A stretch of 64,000 bases of DNA from positions 34,038,001 to 34,102,000 of the forward strand of contig CM022672.1 in assembly GCA_012295275.1 (NCBI GenBank). The letters are read 5' to 3'. Below, piece after piece: positions 33,662-51,539 of this stretch. Origin of the DNA: Chrysomallon squamiferum. Taxonomy: Eukaryota; Animalia; Mollusca. The translations under genes were made by a program, and so were the position numbers. Numbering within the stretch: the first letter of the stretch is position 1; each line of letters opens with the position of its first letter. The notes beneath the pieces were generated by a model. The model did not search any database. It was given only the letters and a program-made list of their open reading frames with translations, and was not told the DNA's origin.

Positions 33662-33967
33662 CCTAAAATTAATGTTTCGTTTTCGATATTTCATGGAATT
33701 TCTTTGACGTTGAGATGCGACTTCATTGATACGTTCACTCAAATTACTAATTCTTTTGTAGACATTGTATTTATATTATTTACTTTCTTCTTTCTTTCTC
33801 TCTCTCTGTCTCTGTCTTTCTGTCTCTCTCTCCCTGTGTGTGTGTGCCAAATGAATAAACAAAATAACAAAACTAATAAATACAGACAAAAGGCAACAGG
33901 AATTTAAAAAAAAAATATATATATATATATATACTACGACTACTACTAGTACTACTACCACTACTAC

Positions 33968-34044
<77 letters not shown>

Positions 34045-34985
34045 TAAACTTGTCTGAAACATAATTATAATTTACGGCAATTTCAGCAACACTAAATACT
34101 TTTAAGTCATTTCCGCTCGTTAAATAGCTTTGCCTCGATAAAATACTTCATAAATACTCGATCTAAGAGAAATAACTCTATTTTTTGTAAACACAATTTC
34201 AGTAAAGGCTGAGTCTCTATAAACACATAAATTAATAACCAGTTCGAAGCGATAGGCTTACTGACAGTTTTATGTGAAACCTCTAAAACGGTTACATATC
34301 GATGTTATTTTTCGTTTGTTCTTGGTGCTGTTTATATTTTTAAAATTAACTCCTAATACTTTTCTATAAGCAGTACTTATTGGAGATTTATTAGTTTATC
34401 AGAGGTTACTAGGTACTGAAAACAATCAACTTCTTTTTAAGCTTATTATTATTATTATTATTATTATCATCATCATCATCATCATGATTATTCTTATTCT
34501 TATTCTTATTATTACTATTACTATTACTATTATTATTATTATTATTTGTTTTTTTGTTGTCGTCATCGACGTTGTTATTGTTTTGATTCTTTCTGCATTT
34601 TATTATTGCTTTCTTATTCATATTACTACTTTATATTTGTGTTTTATTGTTGTTGTTGTTCTGCTTTGCGTGGGAAGAAGTCGACGATGAACTTTGACAT
34701 GTAATTTTTACCAACTCCATATGAGCCATGGAATGAAAGAATTAGAGGCTTGAAATATGTCTGATGCCTGTAAAAATATCTGGAGATCTCCCTCGGGACA
34801 ATGTCACAAGCGACATGCTGTCCGTATACGTGTACGGAAATGTTTTCTATAACTAAAGAAATTGTCTAAAGAAATTGAATTCAAAACTACAAGGACTTGG
34901 GAATAAAACGTAAGCAATTCCAGCGACAAGAATAACACCAGAAGTTACAGACAGAAGCATGTTTGGTTAACTGAGACTTAATTCT

Positions 34986-37900
34986 GACTGTTATTCCTCC
35001 TACTGATTTTAACTTTTATACTCAGCTACATTGTGACTATTACTTTTTCCTACTGAATTTTCATTTTATACAGAGCTGCATTTACACTGTTTCTTCTTCC
35101 TATTGAATTTTCACTTTCATACTGAGCTACAGTTACACTGTTACTTTCTCCTACTGAATTTTCACTTTTGTACTGAGTTACACAGTCACTGGCATTTTTT
35201 CTTACTGAATTTTCACTTTTATGCTCAGGTACAGAGTCACTGGCACTTTTTCCTAGTGAATTTTCACTTTTATACTGAGCTACATTGAAACTGTTACTTT
35301 TTGCTACTGAATTTTCATTTTATGCTGAGCTACAGTGTCACTGGCACTTTTTCTTACTGAATTTTCAATTTTATGCTGAGCTACAGAGTCAATGACACTT
35401 TTTTTTACTGAACTTTCACTTTGTTACTGAGCTACAGTGTCACTGGAACTTCTTCTTACCGAATATTCATTTTTATACTGAGTTACATTATAACTGTTAC
35501 GTTTTCATATTGAATTTTCACTTTTGTACTGAGCTACATTGTCACTGTTACTTCTTGCTACTGAATTTTCAAGTTTGTACTGAGGTACATTGTCACTGTC
35601 ACTTTTTCCTACTGAATTTTCACCTTTATAGAGCTACATTGACACTGTTCCTTTTTGCTACTGAATTTTCACTTTATGCTGAGGTACATTGTCAATGTTA
35701 CTTTTCCTACTGAATTATCACTTTTATAGTGAGCTACATTCTCACTGTTACTTTTTCGTACTGAATATTCACTTTTATACTGAGCTACATTGCCACTGAA
35801 ACTTTTCCTACTGAATTTTTACATTTATACTGAGCTACAGTGTCACTGGCACTTTTCCTACTGAATTTTCACATTTATACTCAGCTACATTGACACTGTT
35901 AATTTTTCCTACTGAATTTTCACTTTATGCTGAGCTACAGTGTCACTGGAACTTTTTCCTACTGAATTTTCACTTTTATGCTGAGCTACAGAGTTAATGG
36001 CACTTTTTTCTACTCAACTTTCACTTTGATATTGAGCTACATTGACACTGTATTTTTTGCTACTGAATTTTCACTTCATGCTGAGGTACAGTGTCACTGG
36101 GACTTCTTCCTACTGAATTTTGACTTTTATACTGAGCTACATTGACACTGTTACTTTTTCCTACTGAATTTTCACTTCTATACTGAGCTACAGTGTCACT
36201 GGCACATTTTCGTACTGAATATTCACTTTTATACTGAGCTAAAGTGTACCTGGCTCTTTTTCGTACTGAATATTCACTTTTATACTGAGCTACATTGTCA
36301 CTGTTACTTTTTCCTACTGAATTTTTAGATTCATACTGAACTACAGTGTCACTGGCACTTTTTCCTACTGAATTTTCACTTTTATACTGAGCTACATTGA
36401 CACTGTTACTTTTTGCTACTGAATTTTCACTTTATGTTGAGTTACCGTGTCACTGGAACTTTTTCCTACTGAATTTTCACTTTAAAACTGAGCCACATTC
36501 ACACTGTTACTTTTCCTACTGAATTTTCACTTTTATACTGAGCTACATTGTCATTGTCACTTTTTTCTACTGAACTTTCACTTTGTTACTGAGCTACATT
36601 TTCACTGTCACTTTTACTTACTGAATATTCACTTTTGTACTGAGCTACATTTTCACTGGCACTTTTTCCTACTGAATTTTTACTTTTATATTGAGGTATA
36701 TTGTCACTATCACTTTTGTACTGAGCTAGAGTCACTGTCACTTTTCTACTGAGCTACATTTACACTGTTACTTTTTCCTAGTGAATTTTCACTTTTATAC
36801 TGAGCTACATTGAAACTGTTACTTTTTGCTACTGAATTTTCATTTTATGCTGAGCTACAGAGTCACTGGCACTTTTTCTACTGAACTTTCACTTTGTTAC
36901 TGAGCTACAGTGTCACTGGAACCTTTTCGTACTGAATATTCACTTTTATACTGAGTTACATTATAACTGTTACGTTTTCATATTGAATTTTCACTTTTGT
37001 ACTGAGCTACATTGTCACTGTTACTTCTTGCTACTGAATTTTCAATTTTGTAGTGAGGTACATTGTCACTGTCACTTTTCCCTACTGAATTTTCACCTTT
37101 ATAGAGAGCTACATTGACACTGTTCCTTTTGGCTACTGAATTTTCACTTGATACTGAGGTACATTGTCACTGTTACTTTTCCTACTGAATTATCACTTTT
37201 ATAGTGAGCTACATTCTCACTGTTACTTTTTCCTACTGAATTTTCACTTTTATATTGAGGTACGTTGTCACTGTCACTTTTTTCTACTGAACCTTCACTT
37301 TTATACTGAGCTACGTTGACACTGTTACTTTTTGCTACTGAATTTTCACTTTATGCTGAGCTACCGTGTCACTGGAACTTTTTCGTACTGAATATTCACT
37401 TTTATACTGAGCTACTGTGTCACCAGCACTTTTTCCTACCAAATTTTCACTTTTATACTGAGCTACAGTGTACCTGGCACTTTTTCGTACTGAATATTCA
37501 CTTTTATACTGAGCTACATTGTCACTGTTACTTTTCCTACTGAACTTTCAGTTTATTACTGAGCTACATTGTTACTGTTACTTTTTCCTGCTAAATTTTC
37601 ACTTTTATACTGAGCTACATTGTCACTGGAACTTTTTCGTACTGAATATTTTCTTTTATAGTCAGCTACATTGTCACTGTCACTTTTTCCTACTGAATTT
37701 TCACTTTTGTAGTGAGTTACATTTTCGCTATAACTTTTTCTTACTGAATTTTCACTTTTGTACTGAGCTACATTGTCACTGTCACTTTTGCTACTGAATT
37801 TTCACTTTTGTACTGAGCTACATTGTCACTGTCTCTTTTTCCTACTGAATTTTCACTTTTGTAGTGAGTTACATTTTCGCTGTAACTTTTTCTTACTGAA

Positions 37901-38030
37901 TTTTCACTTTTGTACTGAGCTACATTGTCACTGTCTCTTTTTCTACTGAACTTTCACTTTGTTACTCAGCTACATTGTCACTGTTACTTTTCCTACTGAA
38001 TTTTCTACTGAGCTACAGAGTCACTGGCAC
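34986..38030. repeat. 51-bp satellite array, about 60 copies
   Basis: Consensus approximately CTACTGAATTTTCACTTTTATACTGAGCTACATTGTCACTGTTACTTTTTC; head-to-tail units with no unique spacers. Confidence 0.95.
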
Positions 38031-38339
38031 TATTAAATAATAATAATAATTACAATAAATAGATGCGGCTTCAGTATAAAATTCTGTTTTTATATCTTTG
38101 TATCCATTTTAATTGTATTGGTATTATTCTTATAATAATAATTATTAGAAATTACTGACTATCATCATTATATGACCTGCTTATATTTTTATTTATAATT
38201 GTATTTATTATCTTACCTGCGTATGTTACTATTCACGAAGCTACAGGTTAATAACAAATAGAAAAATAACTTACCTAAATAATGAAGGTTAAAACTAAGA
38301 AAAACACTTAAAGTGTATCAGTTTCAGTACGATCATCCA

Positions 38340-38540
38340 ACATCTCTCTTGAAACCGAAACTAGGGAAGTTCTGTTTCCGGATTTTATTTATAATGTGTT
38401 TTATTTATTCTGAAAGTGCCTAAGACGCTGTAGCTCAGCTGAAACGTGTAAGTGCGAATGCACACCAGACGAGAGAGATTCCTCGCCGCCATTTTCGCTG
38501 CTTAACCCCATGAGTCAGTGTTTGCAAAGCGCACGTGATT
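38340..38540. promoter_or_regulatory. Candidate immune-responsive regulatory block
   Basis: GAAACCGAAACT (ISRE-like, 38351), GGGAAGTTCT (kappaB-like, 38364), CCGCCATTTT (YY1-like, about 38486), TGAGTCA (38511) and CACGTG (38532). A paralogous block lies at about 44010-44157. Confidence 0.4.
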
Positions 38541-39040
38541 TTCGTTGCGTTTTTCAGTGCAATTCCATGAATTCATAATCGTTCTCTAGGAACGTTATTC
38601 TCATTTAAAAAAGGCATAACAATTAATATTAACAGAATAGTGATCATTGGTATTATAATTATAATTACCATACTTTTCCTAGACAGCTTCATAATATGTT
38701 TTGTTCATTACAATCTTTGTAGCATGATAGTATGGTACATATTTGTTGTAAAGTATTTCATGGTACATGAATAGTAATGCCTTTGTTAGGAAAACGACAT
38801 CCAGATTGAGAGAATTCAACTCAAATTCTATATGTAGCACGCGATTTCAGCAGCGATATCTAAAAAATAAATTAATAAACAAATAAAAGTAACAATAATA
38901 CGTATGTGCATATCTATTCTATATCTATATAATATATCAATCTATCGATCAATCTAGATATATAACAATGTTCGCAAAAATTACATTAATAAAGCTGATT
39001 ATATGTGTGTATGTATGTACGTGTAAAAAACACTACTGTG

Positions 39041-39188
39041 ATGTAAATATAGATACTTCGTTGATGTAAAAACAAACATTCTGTTATTAGAATGTAAATA
39101 TAGGTACTTCGTTGCTGTGAAAACAAACATTCTGTTACTAGAATGTAAATATAGACATCTTGTTAGTATAAATAGAAACATTTTGTTA
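39041..39188. repeat. Minisatellite, 51 bp x about 3
   Basis: ATGTAAATATAG starts at 39041, 39092 and 39143. Confidence 0.8.
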
Positions 39189-40027
39189 ATTTTCTCTAAA
39201 TAGTTTGACAGAAGGATTTAGTCAAATACTTTTCTCTCTTGTTTCGTGCGATAACTATGCTGTGTTTTCTGTCTCGCTAATGGCGAATGTGTGCGTGTCT
39301 GTGTGTGTGTGAGTGTGTTTGTGTGTGTGTGTGTTGAAAGGAAACACTGCATTTAATGTTTTTACCATATTATTTAAACTAAAGTATTTATTATTATACA
39401 CTGAGCGCTGTTTAAAGATTTACAATTATCTTACCTTTGACTACTGCTATAAAAGAAAGGAAAAAAAAAAAAAAAGAAAGAAAAAACACTCATTATAGAG
39501 TTTAGCTTCAGTCAATCTTTTCTCTACAATGGTTGTTTGAGTATTTTGTATAAGTCTTGTTATTATATATATATATTTTTTTACAATGTTTATCAAATGA
39601 AACTCTATATCTTTTCTGAATTTTTCGGCATATTTGAACAATTGGGAATATATATATGTATATAATGTTTTGATTATTTCTATAAGACAGCTTATATATA
39701 TATTCCCAGATGTTCATATATGCAGGAAAATTCAGAAAAGATGTCGAGTTTCATTTGATTGACCTCGTAAACAAATTTAAAATGCAGCCAAACTGAGATA
39801 AAAGAAATTCCATTTTTCTTCTCTTTTTCTCTTTTGTTTATAAACCTTAGTATATATTTTAAAAATATTATTATTATTATTATTATTATTATTGTGAGTG
39901 TGTGGTGCCTAATGAATACATAAAATAATAAATACAAAAAACAAACAAATAATACAGTAATTTAATGTTTGTATTTAAAAGAACAAAAATAATAATAATT
40001 TAAAAATCAACAACAAAAAAAAACAAA

Positions 40028-40076
<49 letters not shown>

Positions 40077-40808
40077 TAAAAAATAAAAAAATAAAAATAA
40101 TAAAGAAACTCGTCTGAAACAACTGTTGGTTATACACATCATAATTTATGATAATTTCAGCAACACTAAATACATTTACGTCACTTCACGAACGTTCAAA
40201 TACTGCATAAAAACAGGATCTGTGGGAAATAACTCTTTTACGTCAACAAAATTACAACAAAGGCTGAGTCTCCATAAAATATATATATAAACTAATACCT
40301 CAAAGGGATAAGCTTACTATACAGCGATATCTGAAACCTTGAAAACAGTTTCACATTGATGAGTCTTTTGTTGCTGATAATGTATAATTTATTTTTTTAA
40401 ATTAATAACTTTTATAACCACTACTTTCATTTTAAAACAGGTTGCTAGTACAATTCAACACAAACTTAATTCAGATTTATTATTTTACTGTTATACTAAC
40501 AAAAATAAATATGATATTATTTCCAAATAATATCTTATTTTTGAACTAGTAATGGAAATAAATAATCAGCTTTTTTTTTTTTTTTTTAAACTCTTATTAT
40601 TATTATTTGTCTTTTTGTCGTCATGTTCGACGTCGTTACTGTTTTGATTTTTTCTGCATTTTCTGATTGTTGTTGTTCTTATTCTTGTGAGAAGTTTGTA
40701 TTTGTCTTTTATTATTATTATTATTATTGCTGTTATTGTTGCAGCTGTTGTTGTTGTTTTCTTGCTGTTGCTGGTACGTGTGATCAAGGTAATGTCTTAT
40801 TACTGCTG

Positions 40809-40839
<31 letters not shown>

Positions 40840-41492
40840 CAGTACTACTACTACTATTTTCTGTAGTTATTACTTATTCTTATTACTAAATATATTATTT
40901 ATATTGTAATTATGAAATGACTTGTTAATTTTTCTTAAAAACTATCTGAAGATATTATAATGAAATATAATGTTAATGAGGCGACATTCAGAGATATAAA
41001 TAATGTAAACTGCGATGTTGCTAGCAGAAATTCGCCTCAATGACGCCTCGTCCGAGGTTACCAGTAACAAATGTGCAGATTGTAATAAAAAATAACGTTA
41101 CAAATATAATAAATAATATAAATGATATCGAAGAAAATAAAATTTACGACACATAAATGAACTACTCTTTTCGACATTTAGGAACATTTTATGCACGTCA
41201 CTTGATGTTGCATGAAATTTGTCCTTTTAACCAGTGTACGTGAAGTCTTAATACGTCCAGTCTGAATATGACGTCATAACAGTACAGCTTTCCTGAACCC
41301 AGTAATGCCGATGACAAAGAAATTATGAGGTGGAGGTAGGCCGAAAAAAAAAAAAAAAAAAAAAAAAATGTGTACAAGTATTCTTAGCAAGTAATAATTA
41401 TAATAATAATAAAGTTTTAATTAATACTATCCACATTTAAATGTTATTATTTAAATACATGCATGTTCGTTTTTTTTTTGTGTTTTTTTCAA

Positions 41493-41536
<44 letters not shown>

Positions 41537-42236
41537 TAACAGATAAATTCATATTTATTTTCGACAACTGAAAATATCTGATTTTATATGAAATATAAAA
41601 TCATTACATTTGTAATTCTGTGTTTAGCACGCGATTTCACCAGGGATATCTAAAAAAAATAGGATCAGTTTCATTGAAACAAACTTTGCGTAAATCGTGA
41701 CATTAGTTGTGTTTGGTATGAAAATGTATGTTTGCATTGTCACTGTTACTACTCAGTTTCAATATCATTGTCACATTTTCTAATTGAATTACATTAGCAG
41801 TTCCTATCTTCTTACATTTCCCGCCATAAGTGTATTTATTATGTTATCTATGAGTATTAGTAACTATTCATGGAAATGTGATATAAGTCACCTATGTAAT
41901 GCAAGTGATACAATATCACAGTATACGTTTGCACCGATTACTTTGAATTCTGCCAACTGAAATATGAAGATGACATCAGAACCGTCAGACAATAGAACGT
42001 TTCAAGTACCCGTTTCTGTTGATAAATCTTTTTAAAAACACAAATGTGGCGGGGGGAGTGTCGGGAGAATTAACCGAACTGATCTGTACTGTTAGCTAGT
42101 ACATATATATATATTTATTTCTTTTCATTTAGATAATACAACCTATATACATGGGTATGTCTGAGTGTATATGTACGTGTTTGTATGTTTGTTCATAAGT
42201 GTGTTTGTGGGACGATATGTGCATATGTATTTATAT

Positions 42237-42357
<121 letters not shown>

Positions 42358-43156
42358 ATATTCAAAAAACTGCTGTGTAAATCGTGACCTAAGTTGTCTG
42401 CTGTGCAAGTCCATTGTGAATATATGTTTGGATTGTCACGTGGCGTGTACGGGGTCAGAACCCAACATTTTCATGTTCACTACTGGATTAGTGGAGGGGG
42501 ATCAAGTGTGGCTAATTTCCACGGGTGGCAAAACCGCAAACAGACAATAGAACGTTCCAAATACCCGTTTGTATTTATAAACCTTTTTAAAATACACGTG
42601 TGTTTGTGTGTGTGTTAGTAAATTTAACAAAACAAGCCGAATAAGTGAATGTAAATCGCGCGTACATGAAACTTTCACGACGTAATTATGTTCCCGTGTT
42701 TTTGTAGACCACCAATTTTTCCGTAAAATCACGCTTATAAGAAACCTTCAGTTTGCCGCGGTAACCAAATTGAGGGCGGTAGCTCCGTACTGTAATGTAT
42801 AGGATAAATATACTGATGATATATATATATATATATATACTTAAGTCCTGCAAGGATTTGGAAAAAAACCCACTAATGCATAATGGAAATATACAAAAAC
42901 GATCCTATTCTGTGAACTTTTAGCCATGGCTCGAAGACTACCAAAGTCTTTGTCACTAAAATAAGGAAAAGGTAATTTTCTTTCTGTCTGCATTTATCCT
43001 TCAACCAAATTTGGTTTCAGATGTATTAGTACTGACTGTCTGTTCAACTGTTCATTATGCTGTTAGTTCATCACAAAGGTCTATCTTTATGTTACTTTAT
43101 TCTTGTCTTAATTTTACAATTAAAACAGTGTCAAGTTGTGGGATTGCTTGTTTGTT

Positions 43157-43187
<31 letters not shown>

Positions 43188-44519
43188 GCGTCCGGACGTT
43201 TGAATACAGAGGTGTTCTGTTTTTCTGTTTTTCTTTAAAAGAGGCTGGAAATAAAACCTACAAATTCATGATCAAATGAAAGCTCATTCAGTCACCTTTC
43301 AACCGCTCTGCGACACCACGATGTGCATTTGGCGTAGACTAGCTAAGCATTTGAAAGTAGCACGTGCTTAGAGAAATCACCATCAGTTACGTTTTCTACA
43401 GAGCCAAAACTACTAGCCCTGTTTAAAATGGTTATATGTTGTTTATATTTTTAATAACTTCTTCGCTGTAAGTTTATCTTCAGTGTTCCTGCTTTTACAG
43501 TATAGATTATAGAGCGGACGTAGCGAAATCGCCGTAGATTTGATGTGCAACTAAAAAGAACTGGCGCTATTTAAAATGGTTATATTTTTAATTATTTGTA
43601 GGATGAATGTTTTATCACTTTTTGTCACTGACACTTTTTCCTACTGAATTTTCACTTTTGTACTGAGCTACAGAGTCACTGGCACGTTTCAATAATAATA
43701 ATAATAATAATTACTTAAAGTCATTAAATTGTTGCGGACCATTTGCTGCTGAAGTATAAAATTCAGTTTTTATATTTGTATACATTTTTTTTGTATATTA
43801 GTGTTATTCTTATAATAATTATTATTACAAATTAGTGACAATCATCATCTACGGTGACCTACTTACATTTTTAGCTATAACTGTATTTATTATGTTACCT
43901 GCGTGTGTTACTATTCATGGAATGTAATTTAATTTATCTAATTAATGTTGGTTAAATCTAAGAAAAAGACTTAACATTCATCAGTTTACGTACGATTATC
44001 CGACATCATCTTGAAACAGAAACAGGATAAAAAAAGGAAGTTCTATTTATGGGTTCTCTTTATTTTATTCATTCTAAAAGTGCCTAAGACACTGTTGCTC
44101 AGCTAAAACGTGTAGGGGTCGTTGTGCACCAGACTAGAGCAATTTCTCGCCGCCATAAATAAATAAATAAATAATTAATAAACAAATAAATAAAAATAAA
44201 AAAATAATAAAAAAAAATAATAAATAAATAATAAATAAATAAATAAACAAATAAATAAATAAATCATTTATCAGTACTACATAGCTTCTTATCTCTGCTA
44301 TGCTTTTTATATCTTAAATATATAAAACTTTTATTATAATGTTAAAAAAAAATATACATAGTATTAAATTGTAGTTTTCCAATTATATATATATTTTTTA
44401 TTGTTCATTCCGGTGTTTTTACTATGGAAATAAAGTAATAATATTTGTAGTATGGTAGGGATTTCTTGTAGAGTATTTCATGTTTTATCTGGACATAGAT
44501 AATAATCTGTTTGTTAGCA

Positions 44520-47300
<2,781 letters not shown>

Positions 47301-48594
47301 TCCACGGATTAGTGGAAGCAGTGCACGTGCTTCTCAACGCTACGGTTCTGCCAGCTGACGTCAATCGATCAAGCACCAAATCGAAAAATACACAGGCACG
47401 AAACACAAGAGCGCGCACGCTAGCACGAACGCACGCATGCACGCACACATACACACACACACACACATACATACACAAACACATACGCGCATACATACAG
47501 AGCGCAAGTAAATAAAGGAAATGTTTAATTATGTAGAAATATTAATACTAAGAGAACGTAAACAGATCGTTCACGTGAAAAGAAATACATTATAAACTTG
47601 AATTTAAAAAAAAAAAAAAAATTATTTTACTTTTTTTTTACTATTATTATTATTATTATTTTATTTTTATTTCTTGTTTTCACGAAGCTACAGGTTAATA
47701 AACAAATAAACAAATAACTTATTAAATAAATAAAAGTAATATAAATATGTAGTGTGTGTGTGTGTGTGTGTAGATATAGATATAGATATTTATACATATA
47801 TAAGTTTTTTTCAAAATAAAATGAATGATAGAAAATGCCATGTTACTAAACTAGTTATTAAACTCGTTTTATTAGTAAAAAGAAATAAAGTAAACAACGT
47901 ACATTTCAAAGTTATTTTGTTGCTTTGTCAGTTATGCCTTATCTCAAAGAGAGAAAATAAAAGGTTTAGACAAACAAAAGTCTGTGTTCGTTACACAAAC
48001 GTTTTCTACTAAACCCAGTCATAACGATTTTCAGAGATTAACCGAGAGGGAAAACTCACTTATATAGTTACGAATATTCTTAATAGTAAATGTTTGTTGT
48101 CTATATCTGACATTCTTGGGTGTATTTTAACCTGATGACACTAGCACAGACAGGGAAAAACCCACACGATTCTGTAAAAAAATCCCCGTCCATTATCTGA
48201 ACAAATTAAAATGTTTCGGAAAAAAAAAAAAAAAAAGTTTAAGCTTATGCTTATTATGTTTACAGTTGGATAGTTTCAGGAGAAACCCATTAAGCTTGCT
48301 GTAGCAATGCCCGGGACCCACACAATTTTTACAGCAACCAAGGCTGGCTGCAGGCGTGGCAAAATTTCCACAAAATCAAGTGGGAGGCAATGGGCGGCGA
48401 TATCTTCCAGCAGACATGTATACTGCGGACAAAACCCTGCTTAGCGGTTAATTGTTGTTCGTGGTGATTCACGCAAGGGGTTTTAGACATCAAAGAAGCG
48501 CTCGATTGACAAGTAAACGAAGCCGCGATATTTCAGATAATTTCTTGTCACTGTGACACAGACATGTAATCAAATATAGTTCAGTGATTGAAAA

Positions 48595-48728
48595 GTACTA
48601 CTATTATTACTACTACTGCTGATACTACCACTACCACTACTACTGGTACTGCTACTACTGCTACTACTAGTACTACTGCCACTACTACTACTACTAGTAC
48701 TACTGCTACATCTACAACTACTACTACT
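48595..48728. repeat. (ACT)n degenerate microsatellite
   Basis: Read directly. Confidence 0.9.
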
Positions 48729-49658
48729 AATAAGAGGGGTCGCTTAGATTTTTGTAAAATTGTTTCTTATGGAATGCAAAACATGTTTGTGTAACGAAAC
48801 ACAGACTTTTGTCTGTCTAAACATTATATTTTTTCTGATTGTGATAAGGCATATTGTTCAAAACAACAAAATAATAACTTAGAAATGTACATTGTTTAGT
48901 TTATTTGATTTTACTAATAAAACGTACATTTCCCTAGATAAGTAACATAACATTTTTTATTATTATTTTACTTAGTAAAAATTTTAATTTCTCTGACTTT
49001 TATTTTAACTATGTTTTACGCACACGCATCCATACACACATATATAATAAGTTTTATTAATGTGATGTTATATCAAAAACGGTATATTGTGTTATTTTAT
49101 ATTTTTACACACACATATATATGTTATTACTTGCATTTATTTGTTTGTTTGTTTATTAACCAGTAACTGAGTGACACTTTAAAAAAAAAAAAGTAAATAA
49201 AAGAAGAAGAAAATAAATTCAAGTTTGAAATTTATATCTTTTCATGCTAATAATTGTTATACATTTTCTTAGTATTGGTATTTTTACATAAGTAAGCATT
49301 TCGTTTACTTACTTTAGTTCGGCGTGTGTGTTTGTGTGTGTATCTGTACATATGTGTTTGTGTGTGTATCTGTACATATGTGTGTGCGTGTGCGTGTCTA
49401 TATGTGTTTGCCTGTGTGTGTTTGTGGATTCACATACCCCATACACATACCCCACCCACACATACAGATATCTTAGATAATTGTAGAGAAGTAAATATAT
49501 TTGAAGATTTACAAATACTAATGTGCTACTAACTCTGTGTCGTGTCAAACGTAAATATATTTTTAACGTAATCATCAAGTAATCGATTATTTTGTAATGT
49601 AGTCTTTATATATGACATAGAAAATTATATTTGTGTGTCTTTAAATGCAACTAATACA

Positions 49659-49745
<87 letters not shown>

Positions 49746-49852
49746 TCTCTCTCTCTCTCTCTGTAAGTCTGAACACATATCCACACATAAACGAACACTC
49801 ATTCGTATACACAAGTATATAGGCTGGTTTTTGTGTATCTAAATGAAAAGAA

Positions 49853-49922
<70 letters not shown>

Positions 49923-50099
49923 TATCTGACAGTACAGACCGGTTTTCCTAATTCTCCCTCCAATCACCCGTAACAAAGATTCACGTGTATTTTAAACACG
50001 TTTACTAACGGGTACTTGAAACGTTCTATTGTCTTTTTACTGTTTTCACGTCACCTGTCAGAGGTGTAGCGTTGGCAAGACACCTGTACTGCACCCACT

Positions 50100-50336
50100 A
50101 ACCTGACAGTTTTTTCTGGTAACCTTTCGTGCACACACAGGAAAGGATATCGTTTTATTTCTACACTGATTGAAGTACTCGACAACAATCCTCGAGTCAG
50201 TCTTCTCGACATCATCACCATGGTGACAAACAAAATGGATCGTGAATATGATGAACCGAAACAAGTTTCTATACAGACAACCACTCTCCGAAAAATAATT
50301 ATTTTGTGCAAGAAAAACACATTTGAGTCTGTTTAA
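50100..50336 (+). pseudogene. Diverged caspase p10 fragment
   Basis: KGYRFISTLIEVLDNNPRVSLLDIITMVTNKMDREYDEPKQVSIQTTTLRKIIIL; the upstream part is degenerate. Confidence 0.85.
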
Positions 50337-50520
50337 ACATTTGACTTTCTCTCTTTGCCATAAGCCATAGTGTCCAAAGCAACGCAATAACAACTGAGAC
50401 ATGTATATTATTTACATTATTTGTTTTCTCTAATAAAACGTACATTTCACTAGTTTAGTAATATAGCATTGTGTATTATTAACTTTATTTAGTAAAAATT
50501 ATAATTTTTGTCTTTTTAAA

Positions 50521-50638
<118 letters not shown>

Positions 50639-51539
50639 GACACACAATCAACTTTATTAATGTGATTTTTGCGAACATTGTTATATTATGTAGATAGATC
50701 GATAGATATAGAATAGATATGGACATAAGTATTATTGTAACAATTCAAAAAATCAGAAAAGATGAAAATCAATTAAATTGAATAGCTTATTTCTTTTCAA
50801 GTTAAAGATTTATTTACAGTTTCATAACATATTTACATAAATATACATTTCCTTTTCTTACTGTTGTTAGATGTGTGTGTGAGCGCGCGTTTTGTGTGTG
50901 TGTGCATCTAACTGTGTGTTTTTGGATTTGGTGCTTGTTAGGTTGAGTAATGCAATGGCATTCAGGTACTGTTTTGTTAATTTTATCTTTATAAACTTGC
51001 TAACACAAATACACACAGAGACACACACAAACATACACACACAGACACACACACACACCCACACACACGTACACACACATCCTACCTAACTGTGGAGAAG
51101 AAAAAGTATATGCAAGTTGACTATCTAAAATTATAGAAGTAAATATATTTGAAGATTTACAAATGCAAATATTCTTCTATATCTACAGTCTCTATTTCGT
51201 GAAATACACATAAATTTATTCTTAACGTGATCGTAAATAATCAGTTATTTTGTAATGTAGTATATATATATATATATTGGCTATAAGTACAGATCGATTT
51301 TGCTAATTATCCCTCCACTCACCTCACACGTGTTAATACAAGTAATCGGAGCAAATGTGTATAGTGATATTTTATCATCTGCATTACACAGGTAACTTAA
51401 ATTACATGTCCATGATTAGTTAGTAATTGTCATAAGTAACATAATAATACATTTGAGGATGAAAATGTAACTCAGTTCGAAAATTGGTATTGAAACTGAG
51501 TAGGGCTGTCCAGATGAGTAAACACAATAGGGAACTTTT

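Noticed and set aside
34986-38030. CRISPR array, or a His/Cys-rich 17-aa repeat protein (LLNFHFYTELHCHCYFF)
   Set aside because: Units are contiguous with no unique spacers, there are no cas genes, and the context is eukaryotic. Frequent 1-nt indels break every frame, so it is a satellite.
50130-50145. Splice acceptor (cacacAG|GAAAGG) making the p10 fragment a true exon
   Set aside because: The upstream bases (ctgacagtttt...ctggtaacct) are themselves degenerate caspase coding sequence, not an intron.
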